Shown here: positions 48,508-58,929 of the stretch, one piece after another | How positions within the stretch are numbered: position 1 is the stretch's first letter | How the letters are laid out: each line of letters opens with the position of its first letter | Origin: Anthoceros angustus | Taxonomy: Eukaryota; Plantae; Anthocerotophyta | Assembly (NCBI GenBank): GCA_010909165.1 | Contig: MU008159.1 | Location: 124,001 to 188,000 of the forward strand | DNA length: 64,000 nt | Direction: 5' to 3' | Program-made: the position numbers and the translations under genes | Notes under the pieces: model-generated | What the model was told of the DNA's origin: nothing | The model's input: the letters and a program-made list of their open reading frames with translations, nothing else | Database searches by the model: none

Positions 48508-50329
48508 ATGGCTCGCATCGGGTTGGATGAAGAGATAGGCTACTCGAGGCTTGAGGATCAGGTACTATATTTTAGCTTTTACGTGTTAAGATTTTTTGGT
48601 GGCAAGACAAGAAGCATTCCATTCATCGGCGATAAGCTTTCTGTTGACGGCGTTGTGGAATTTGTGGTGGCAGACACAGAGAAGAGGATCTCGAGTGAAG
48701 TCATCGACTGTGGCTGTAACTCTGCTCACAGCTTTGCTCCTCGGCGTTTGCATTGGATATGCCACTTTGAGGCCTGGCCCAGTGTTCCGAGCAGACTCGT
48801 CGTCTAATTACCCGCTGAACTTTTTGGTTGTTGGCGACTGGGGGCGTGATGGCAACTACAATCAAACCTTTGTCGCGGAGCAGGTTGTTGTCTCGCTCAG
48901 GAGTGAGAAGCGCTCTGTCACTAGGTCGTCAGGGTGCCTGGCTGCCTTAAGGACTTCCTAACTGTGGTGATGTTTGCCTCGAGCAGATGGGACGCGTAGG
49001 GGAAGAGCTCAACGTTGATTTTATAGTATCTACAGGAGACAATTTTTATGACTACGGACTAAAAGGGGAAAATGATCCCCAGTTCGAAACTTCATATTCT
49101 AATGTCTACACAGCGCCGAGCTTGCAAAAGACTTGGTTCACAGGTACGACATTTCTCGCTGTCTGCATCTGAAGCGTAATCTTTTGAGGTCATCGGTCTC
49201 CCCTAATGTCTGCTTATCGGACTGTCGAATACCAGTTTTGGGAAATCACGATTATAGAGGCGATGTTCCCGCACAATTGAGTGACACTTTGAAGCGAAGG
49301 GATGGCCGGTGGTGGTGTCAAAGAGAATTTGAGCTGCTATTTCCCCTATGTGGCGAGTCAGCTCAAACAGGTAGGCAAGCTCTTCATTGACCAAGAAACG
49401 TGGCGTTTCAAGAGTGATTCCGTTGTCAACCGCAATTCCACTTGGAAACGTGTGTCCTTCTGTGGAGGGCCAGCAGCAACATGGACACGTGGCGTGCTAC
49501 CTTGTTCTGAGTTTGGCTTTCTTCTCCACAGGCACATGCGATAGCTCCATTGAATTTTTCTTCATCGACACTACTCCGTTTGTAAACGAGTACTGGTCTG
49601 TTAATGCTTCCCATAAACACAACTGGGAGGGCCTTCTGGAACCTCGCGAGGAGCAGTTGCGGCTCCAGGCACTGGTATGTATCGCTTCGCCTTCAGACTG
49701 TCATCGCGAACGGCTCCTTTTTCTGTCAATTGCTTTCTAAACAGCAGTGTGTGACCACAGCGTTTGGAATCGAACTTGAGGAGCTCAAATGCAACGTGGA
49801 AGTTGGTGATAGGCCACCATACAATTCGGAGTACCGGTGTACACGGTGATACAACTGACGTGGCAGAAGTTGTGAATCCCTTGTTAAAGGTAAGCATGTT
49901 TAGGTTTCTGTCCATCCTGCGGTGGTAGAGAGCCATGGCTGTTGAACCTTGCTCCCCTCCTCTGTTCAGGCATATGACGTAGACTTGTATATTAACGGTC
50001 ACGATCACAACCTCCAAGACATCATGAGTCAAGACAGGTCACCTTTTTTTTCCCTCCTTTCCTTTTGTTCTTGAACGCTTGGACGGATCAAGGAGTTTAT
50101 CTCACAAGCCTTTTTTCCCATGTGCAGTAAGCTTCGGTATATAACAAGTGGTGCTGGATCTAAAGCTTGGAAAAATGCCAGAACCCCCGACACAGAAAAT
50201 GGGGCGCAGTTCTATTATGACGGCCAAGGATTTGTATCGGTGTCTGTGGCGCCGAACTCATTGCGAATAGTCTTCCACGACGCTTTTGGCAGTGTCCTCC
50301 ACTCCCTCGACCTGAAAAAGGAGCAGTAA
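48508..50329 (+). CDS. Purple acid phosphatase (small PAP3/7/8/17-type metallophosphoesterase), multi-exon
   Basis: All five metal-binding motifs are present across exons: VVGDWG, STGDNFY, LGNHDY, VIGHH, YINGHDH, plus ITSGAGSKAW. A hydrophobic anchor precedes the catalytic domain. Start codon approximate. Confidence 0.88.
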
Positions 50330-50732
50330 ACCTCGTTCCTACCCTTTGGCCTGTCAGCAGTAGTGGAAAGTAGCCAACATGGTCCTAAAGGTCCAGAAAC
50401 TTCCTTCGCCTCTGTAAAATATTGATTAGCTGACTCTCTATTTTTTAAGTCAGTCTAGAATATCTTCATCCCACAAAGAGAGATTTATGCCTATGTAAAA
50501 TACGATGAGCTGACGCTGGATTAATTATACAGAGCAGAACATCTTGATCCCAGAAAGAGAGATTCATTCTATTCAATTCTGGTCATCTCTGTTATGATGA
50601 GAGGTGGCTCGGTGTTGGCCATCCATGTCTTAGTTTGGACAAGGATGGAGTTAAGCAAGCACATTCACCCCAAGGAAAAAACACTGTTCTCTGGCTTACA
50701 CACCTGAGGACTCGCTGAGGTCTTCATTGTCC

Positions 50733-53700
50733 TCAGGGTCGACCATTACAACTGCAACAACCATTTGCGAATCGATGCACACGGTACCCATCCCTTACAA
50801 CAATGTGTCTCTGTTCAAGCCTTGACATGATTTCCGTGGAACTGTGGCAGTCACTGCACATGCGTAGATTCTTCGTTACCACCAGAGGTGTCCCACTCAG
50901 TGTTCAAGAGACCAAACGCCAGAGCTAGCTTCTCAGCATGCCCACAAAGCACATCTTCCTTTTCCTTCTCACACAGTGGCTTCAACACCAACTTTGTGTG
51001 AGGTACGTGGCCTCCTTCCTGCTTCAGACGTGCATTCGTGCTCTCTACCTTCAGCGCAATATCATCTCTTTTTTCTCCCACCGCAAACGTATGTACCTCC
51101 TTCTTCACCTCAATGCTCGCCACTGCAGGTTTCTTGTTGGCTCCTGCTGCCTTTCTCCGTGTTTCAATCATGTCTACATCGGTCCACCTACCTGCATCTG
51201 CATAGGCATTGGCCATGAGGACGTAGGCAGATGCCCGCTGAGGGTCCAGCCTAACAATTCTTTCAAAACACCACATTGCCCTCGCTATATCCCCGTGACT
51301 TTTGCAGGCATTCAACAAAGACCTCAGGCCCACAACATTACTTTGATCCTCGCATGATAACAACATGTTCTCAGCCTCATCTAAATGGCCTGCACGCCCA
51401 AAAAGATCAATCATGCAATTGTAATGCTCAGTAGTAGGCTTGATGCCATGCTGTTCAGCCATGGAATCAAAGTGCTTGCGACCCTCGTGGACCAGTCCCT
51501 CATGACTGCATGCTACTAGAAGGCAAGTAAAAGTAGCACCATCAGGCTGAATACCGGCAACTAACATCTCCTCAAAACAAGCTAGTGCTCTCTGACCATC
51601 ATCACAAGTACCATACCCAGATATCAGGGCATTCCATGTCACCACATTCTTTGTGTTCATGCTGTCAAAAACCTGGCGTGCATCTTCCAGTTCACCACAT
51701 TTTGCATACATGTCCACCAGGCAGGTGCCCAACACTACGTTATCCAGCAGTCCTCTTTCCACAATCTGAGTGCAGCTGCCTGCCCCTCTGTAAGGCACCA
51801 GTGCTTCCACAGGCCTTCAGAAGGCAAGCAAAAGTAACATGGTTTGCCAAAATGAGGCCTTCTTGCTCCATTTGTCCATACAGAACAAGGGCCTCTTGGC
51901 CGAGTCCTTGCTGTGCATACCCAGCAATCAGCGCTGTCCATGTCACCACGTTCTTTGTGGCCAAGCTTTCAAAAACCCGGTGTGCATCTTCCAGTTGACC
52001 ACATTTTGCATACATGTCCACCAGGCAGGTGCTCACCATTATGTCATCAATCAGCCCTCTTTCAACAATCTGTGAGTGCAGCTGCCTGCCCTTCTGTAAG
52101 GCACCGGTGCTTACACAGGCCTTCAGAAGGCAAGCAAAAGTAACATGGTTAGCCAGCCAAAATGAGGCCCTCCTGCTCCATTTGTCCATACAGAACAAGC
52201 GCCTCTTGGCCGAGTCCTTGCTGTGCATACCCAGCAATCAGGGCATGTCACCACATCCTTTGTGGCCAAGCTGTCAAAAACCTGTGCATCTTCCAGTTCA
52301 CCACATTTTGCATACATGTCCACCAGGCAGGTGCTCACCATTATGTCATCAATCAGCCCTCTTTCAACAATCTGTGAGTGCAGCTGCCTGCCCTTCTGTA
52401 AGGCACCAGTGCTTGCACAGGCCTTCAGAAGGCAAGCAAAAGTAACATGGTTAGCCAAAATCAGCCCCTCCTGCTCCATTTGTCCATACAAAACAAGAGC
52501 CTCATGTCCAAGCCCTTGCTCGGCATACCCAGCTATCAGGGCATTCCATGTCACCACATTCTTTGTGTTCATGCTGTCAAAAACCTGGCGTGCATCTTTC
52601 AGTTCACCACATTTTGCATACCCAGATATCAGGGCATTCCATGTCACCACATCCTTTGTGGCCATGCTGTCAAAAACCTGGCGTGCATCTTTCAGTTCGC
52701 CACATTTTGCATACATGTCCACCAGGCAGTTGCCAACAAACAAGTTAGTAGGAATGCCACTGTGCAACACATCACAGTGCACTTTCCGGCCAGATTCCAA
52801 GTCGGCAAATGCACAAGCTTGAAGGGCAGCTACAAAGACGTGAGCATCCGCCTTCACTCCTGACATACGCATCTCATGGTACAGTTGTATGGCCTCCTTA
52901 GGTTTCCCATGCTTAGCATATGCAGAGATTATGGAAACCACATGAAGACATCTGGTTGCCACCCTGGTGAACACATCCATGGCCTCCTCTAGCCTACCTC
53001 CACATGCATACATGCGCAAGATATGGTTCCCCAAGTATGCATTCGACTCGTACCCAAGTTTGACAGTGAGATCATGAACTCGTCGCCCCACAACCAAATC
53101 CTTCTTAGCTGCACACAGTTTCAGCACAGTGTAAAACAGAGACTGAGAATAGCAGAGTCTGTCTGCGCCAGAGATTCCAGGGCTCCAACGGCCTCAGAAA
53201 GCTTCCCTGCTGACATAACGCTCACGGTTCCAGCCGTTACGACGCCCATTTCCGATCCTGCACGCCTGCCAGGTTCAGGCTTATCCGAGAGCTGACTTGG
53301 AAGGAGAGGCACCATGACCCATCTGCATATCCAAGGAAACGAGCTGCTCATCAACCCAAGCTGGCTTAAACATGTTGTTTAACCACAGGACCTCGCCGGA
53401 CCCCTTACGCCGGAAGTCAGGCGAACGGGAGCTCTTCTTATCTCGTCTGTTGTCCCACCACATGGTAGGGTCCAGAAAAATTGTTGCCACAAGTGCTCCT
53501 GCTCCTGGCGATCCCCACCCACACATTTTCTCGGAAGTGGAAGTGCTGGGTTCCTTACACTGCTGCACAAGTAACCCATAACCGATCCTGCACGCCTGCC
53601 AGGTACAGGCTTATCCTGAGAGCTCGACTTGGAAGGGAAGGCACCATGACCCATCTGCGCATCCAAGATAACGGGCTGCCCATCAACCCAAGCTGGCTTG

Positions 53701-54383
53701 GACACGTTGTTTAACCACAGGACCTCGCCGGACCCCTTACGCCGAAATTCAGGCGGACAAGAGCTCTTCTTCTCTCGTCTGTTGTCCCACCGCATGGTAG
53801 GGTCCAGAAAACATTGCTGCCACAAGTGCTCCTGCTCCTGGCGATCCCCACCCACACATTTCCTCGGAAGTCGAAGTGCTGGGTTCCCTACACTGCTGCA
53901 CAAGTAACCCATAACCGATCCTGCACGCCTGCCAGGTTCAGAATCATTCGAAAAACTCGACCTGGAAGGAGAGGCACCATGACCCATCTGCATATCCAAG
54001 GAAACGAGCTGCTCATCAACCCAAGCTGGCTTAAACAGGCTGTTTAACCACAGGACCTTGCCGGACCCCTTCCGCCTGAAGTCAGACGCACGGGAGCTCT
54101 TCTGATCTCGTCTGTTGTCCCACCACATGGTAGGATCCAGAAAAAATTGTTGCCAGGAGTGCTCCTGCTCCTTGCGACGACCATCGCTGGAAAATCCGTC
54201 CCCACCCACACATTTTCTCAGAAGTGGAAGTGGTGGGCTCCTTCCACTGCTGCACCTGGAGGCTTGGTTGGTTGCCAGGCGTTCACTCCCTGCACTGAGG
54301 TGAGAGGGAGCTCCTCGTGGAATCCCTGTACAGACACCATTTTGTTGGGTCCGCAACGGGTCCGGTTGCCATACTGTGGCCAT
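50733..54383 (-). CDS. PLS-class PPR with three N-terminal PDF motifs and a C-terminal DYW:KP domain ending in GRP (candidate U-to-C editing factor). Several single-base frameshifts.
   Basis: ORF chain 54383-53379, 53568-53281, 53354-53121, 53127-52123, 52237-51740, 51810-50851. Contains [10 protein letters not shown] and [14 protein letters not shown]. After a frameshift near 50900 the alternative frame reads [53 protein letters not shown]. Confidence 0.88.
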
Positions 54384-54686
54384 CCTTCAGCAACCGCTGT
54401 CGGAACATGAGTCCAACAACAGATTATGGCACGATGTCCGGGTCCAGTGAATGACCACACCAGCCTGAAGGAGAGCAAACGCATTTGTACAGTTAACGAA
54501 GCTCTCTCTAGTAGAGGTTGTAGAATATTTTATTGCACTGTCGGTATGTAGGTACATTGTTCCTAGCAAGCAGTGCTGATCAAACTGTCCACTTTTGTGG
54601 GATAGGTACATACATATACAGATAGGAAGCCCAAGAGATTTGGCTGGTAGGCCTCAGGACCCACAATCCACAAATCATGTATCTAC

Positions 54687-56189
54687 TCAAAGAAACAGCA
54701 ACATGGCCAGGAAGATCGTCTCACTGATTCGAGCAACCTGTGAACCCGATGAAGTTGGAGGTTCTTCGGAGATTGCATTGGACGATCTGGGTGTGGAAAG
54801 CTGAAGACCGTTCACGTCCCGGGGCCGGTGCTGATGCTGTGGGGGAGACACCAATACTCCCGAAAGCATAGCATTCTTCCTCCTGCAGCTTCTCAAGCCC
54901 ACCAGGGCCTGCACTTTGAGACCGGGGCCCGCTTGAGGCCATTCCCGGGAACACAGGTTAACGTTGTCCCGCAGCAGCAGCCGCGGCCCGAGCTGTTGCA
55001 CGAAGGAGCGGGAGAAGGGGACGGGCCCTGCCAGCATGTTGTTGCTCATGTTGAGCTCGCTCAGACTGCGGAGCCCTTCCAACTCCCCCGGTATCACGCC
55101 TGTCAGCTGGTTGCCGTCCAGATGGAGCGCCTTGAGCCCCGATAGCTTCCCCAGGGAGCTGGGCGCCTGACCTGTGAGCTCGGAGTTGGAGAGCAGCAGC
55201 ACCTGGAGGCTCGCCAGATCCCCGATGCAATTGGGCAGAGGAGCTCGGAATTTGTTGTCCCGCAGAAGCAGGGCCTGGAGGGAGATGAGCCCACAAACCG
55301 CGTCCGGGATGCCTCCAGTCAGAGTGTTGCCGCTCAGATCGAGAAGCGCCAGGCGGCGGAGGCTGCCCACGCTGCTTGGGATGGGTCCGCTCAACCTGTT
55401 TCCGCTCAGATCCAGCTTTTCGAGTTCTGGCAGATGGCCCAGGGGTTGCTGCGGGATGGATCCTGCCAGCCGATTATCGCTGAGGTTGAGGATGACCAGG
55501 CTCCGGGGTAGGGCGTCGATGCCATCGGGTATGGGTCCTTCCAGGCGGTTGCTGCTCACATCCAGGTACTGGAGCGACGTGGAATGTGGAAGCCATGATG
55601 CGATGCTGCCGCTGAGAGTGTTGCCGTGAAGATCCAGAACGGTGAGCTTGGTGAGGTTGGCCAACTCGGAGGGGATGGCTCCTGTGTGTCCATTCTCTCT
55701 GAGCACAAGGGACTCTAATGACTCGCCCAGCTTGCCTATCTCTTTCGGGATGGGGAGGGGGTTGTCTCTTCCACACTGGTAGTAGAACAGGTTTCTGAGG
55801 TAGGTGAGCTTCTGTATGGAAGAGGGGATGTAGGAACCGGGAGCACAGACTGGAAATGCAGTGTCATCGGAGATGACACCGAAGGACAGTGAGGTGACAT
55901 GGAAGACGTTGTCACTGTATTCTAAGCACTCTATCCCATGCCACCGCTGCAAGCAGACATCCGGGATGTCCCTGACCCAGGTATTTCCTGTGGCTGACAT
56001 TACGTCATACACAGCTTGCAACTCCACGAGGTCAGTGTATCTCTGGTCATTTGTGTAGTTCACCACAACTGAGGCCGCTGGTGTGGTGTATGTATTGCAG
56101 ATAGCAAGCTGCAAGTTGCAGAACAGTAGCAAGAAAAGTGCTGCGTATGCAAACTGGAGGTTTGCTGACCGGCCCATGCAGGGGCACAT
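54687..56189 (-). CDS. TMM: TOO MANY MOUTHS-like LRR receptor-like protein
   Basis: QAVYDVMSATGNTWVRDIPDVCLQRWHGIEC..DNVFHVTSLSFGVISDDTAFPVC and LESLVLRENG match the TMM N-terminal signature as I recall it. Signal peptide, LRRs, no kinase domain, hydrophobic C-terminus. Confidence 0.88.
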   Translation of the reverse strand: MCPCMGRSANLQFAYAALFLLLFCNLQLAICNTYTTPAASVVVNYTNDQRYTDLVELQAVYDVMSATGNTWVRDIPDVCLQRWHGIECLEYSDNVFHVTSLSFGVISDDTAFPVCAPGSYIPSSIQKLTYLRNLFYYQCGRDNPLPIPKEIGKLGESLESLVLRENGHTGAIPSELANLTKLTVLDLHGNTLSGSIASWLPHSTSLQYLDVSSNRLEGPIPDGIDALPRSLVILNLSDNRLAGSIPQQPLGHLPELEKLDLSGNRLSGPIPSSVGSLRRLALLDLSGNTLTGGIPDAVCGLISLQALLLRDNKFRAPLPNCIGDLASLQVLLLSNSELTGQAPSSLGKLSGLKALHLDGNQLTGVIPGELEGLRSLSELNMSNNMLAGPVPFSRSFVQQLGPRLLLRDNVNLCSREWPQAGPGLKVQALVGLRSCRRKNAMLSGVLVSPPQHQHRPRDVNGLQLSTPRSSNAISEEPPTSSGSQVARISETIFLAMLLFL

Positions 56190-58929
56190 CTTGTCGGAGT
56201 AGGCAACTTTGGAAGGATTGGTTTGACACTTCCAGTCATGAATACATGCGTATACTGTAGCAAAAGGGGCATCTACGAAGTCCAGAATACTTCAGAACTA
56301 CAGGAAGCTACAATGGTTTGTGCCTATGATGCAGAAACACAAGAGCACGAGATGACGGGAAACAGCCAACAATGAAAGCTTAGAGTGACCTGAGAGCTGA
56401 AGGCCTGCGTGTTTGATGAGATGGGATGAGACAGACAAATGTAACCGCTATCTGTCTTTTTGCTGTCCGTTGAGAGGCTCTGGTACACAAGGGAACTTCC
56501 TGTTCCTGTGATGACATTTATTATTTGCCCGATACCCAAAACTTTATGCCGTCTCACGGGCTTTGCCGGCATCGCTTCAATGGATACCGGTTTTTAGCTT
56601 CGGGTACCGTGGACGAGACTGCCAATTAATCTATGTAACATTCTGGTCAGAAGAATCTCACATTACGAACAGTCACATGACTTATCCATGACCGACAGGA
56701 ATGGATGATATACATGTACATATGTGCTTATATGTGTGAAGGCTTGGGACATGTCACGCGTCTCCTAACGTCCTCTTTATTCTTTGCTCGGGGCTGTCCA
56801 GGACAAGACTTGCCAACAATCGACAACGTTGTTTCCAACGAAGAGTTGCTTTCAGCCTGTGGCTCAGAAATTGTGTGTCTCGTCTCAACACGGAAGATGC
56901 ATGCTCTGCCCCAATAAATCCCAGGGACACTGTGTGGAGGGCAGAAGTCTGAGTGTCCCTTCCAATTGTTTCTGGTGCTCAGATCGCTTCTAGGGCCCTA
57001 AAAAGCGAGGTCATTGTGATGCGCGAAAGTGCATTGAATGCCTCAAGGTGATAATGTCGATCATCAACGTTGTTTTGTCAATCTGGCTGCTGACCGCTTT
57101 TGTTCTAGCTTTCGTTCTGCTCTGGTGCTATTCCGAGACAAACACACTGGTGATTTGACCCATTCCAGGAATTTTATACCTTGCTGTAATCCGTTGGTAT
57201 CATGTCTGCTGCGGCGAAGCGAGCGTGGATGTTTCAGACCTTTCAGCTTTAACAATAGGTTGTTTCACCTGCAGAGGACCAACGAAATCGAGTTCGAGTA
57301 GGCGATCCAGGCAAGCACCTGAAGGTGTTCGCGGTGGAGTTCGAGCGAGTACTCGATCACGCAGGCTGGGAGGTGTTCCCGGGCGCGATTCCTGGAAGCT
57401 CCTTGCGACAGTACGGTGCAAATGAAGGTGCTAAGGTCCAGGCATCACTCACACGCCAGTAGCACATATGAATTCACCATGAATTTATATGCGGGGGCTT
57501 CAAACTTGTCCGAGTTTGAGGGAATGCGGGCACGTAGGACATGCTCATCAGACTTGCATCGGTCGGACGGTACCTGACCAAACGATGTTTCCGAATAGTT
57601 TCTTTTTCTCAAATAAATGTCTCAAACAACATGACAGCTCCTTGGAAACAGGCTCGAGCTCCACTTCAATGGCTAGTCAGTCAACTGCAGTTCACCGGTG
57701 TGAAATGTGGGATGTCTGTTCCCAGATATTGGCCGCAGAACGAGCAATTCCTGCTGTGAACGAGTGTCCTTCAACTGTTGTTAATTCTTGGATGAAGCTC
57801 GAGAGCATCCTGGGTTGAGTAAAGCACAACGCAAGGCAGGCACCTAGGTGCTGTTGTAATGGACTTCAAACTTGTCTCCTTCTCGATTTCTCTGAGCTTG
57901 CTCCTGAAGGAACCTGCATTTCCATCAGAGTTTAGTGCAGTCTTCGTTTCTCCATGTCGAGTCTCCGGACCTTGTTCAGTAGCACTCATGCTTGGCCTGA
58001 TTGAGGATCAGGGAAGGAGCACATGAGGCCCAGCAGCAACAGCATCATTCCTTTCTCCTCGTCGCACTCTTGCCTTACAGGAGGAGGTGTTGCATCAATC
58101 AGGGAACCCGAAAATTAAATTAAAATTTTGCACGCTCCCTGCTGCTCCCTGAGGGACATATTGCCATGGTGGCTTGCCCCGGCCACCGCTCCCACCTTCT
58201 CCCGCCTCCAATATATTGGCTGCCGCGCGAGGCGTGAGCAAGATGCCCATTCGCCGACCTCGGAAAAGCTCCGATCTTGGAAGAGAGGGAGGAAGGAGAT
58301 GGGCCTTGCGGTCGACTTGCCTAATCCCGCCTGCCATTTCTGCTGCATCACCTCGAGCTCGGCCTCGGCCTTGGCCGGGGAGCAAGAAGCAGCGGGGGAT
58401 AGACATTGTTGTGCCGGCGGGGCTGGAACCGCATCAGGCGTGCCCGCTCAGTCGCTGCAATTGTGAAGGTGGCGCGCGAGGAGAAACTTGGTCATGGTGT
58501 GGAGCGCGGGAGTCAGGGGCACTCGTTTCAGGAGCTGCGTCGTCCCGCACTTCGTGCTGCTCTTCCTTTTTGATGTAGTGGAGGGCTCGGCAGACGCCAG
58601 TGCGGAAGCAGCGGTGCTCATGGAGTTAAACAACCAGCTCAAGCTTAGCGAGTCCGTGAGTTGGCTATGGCTCCGGACATTACTAGAAAAATCCACTACC
58701 GACTATGCATTTTCGGATTATAGTACAACCAGAGACAACCCTTTACTTGTGGCCTCCGTTTCGTAGGCGCCCTCGTCCCGTGTTCAAGCGCTCCACCGAG
58801 TGAAGGATGTTCAATATATTGGCCACTATCGAGCGTCCCACTATTCAGGCTACTCAGTGCCAAAGCACGGCACGGAAGCGAATGTGTAGAGAGAAGTGAA
58901 GTATAATTAAGAGATGAACAGTGTCACTC

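Noticed and set aside
16040-54383. Calling the frameshifted PPR genes pseudogenes
   Set aside because: Indels are single-base, often in homopolymers, and differ between otherwise identical copies, which points to sequencing error.
25952-56189. Segmental duplication of an LRR-RLP plus PDF-PPR pair
   Set aside because: Gene order is reversed between the two pairs, and the two LRR proteins are deeply diverged.
56300-58700. Possible multi-exon minus-strand gene
   Set aside because: Exon-like GC-rich patches are present, but no coherent frame or known domain could be assembled by eye.
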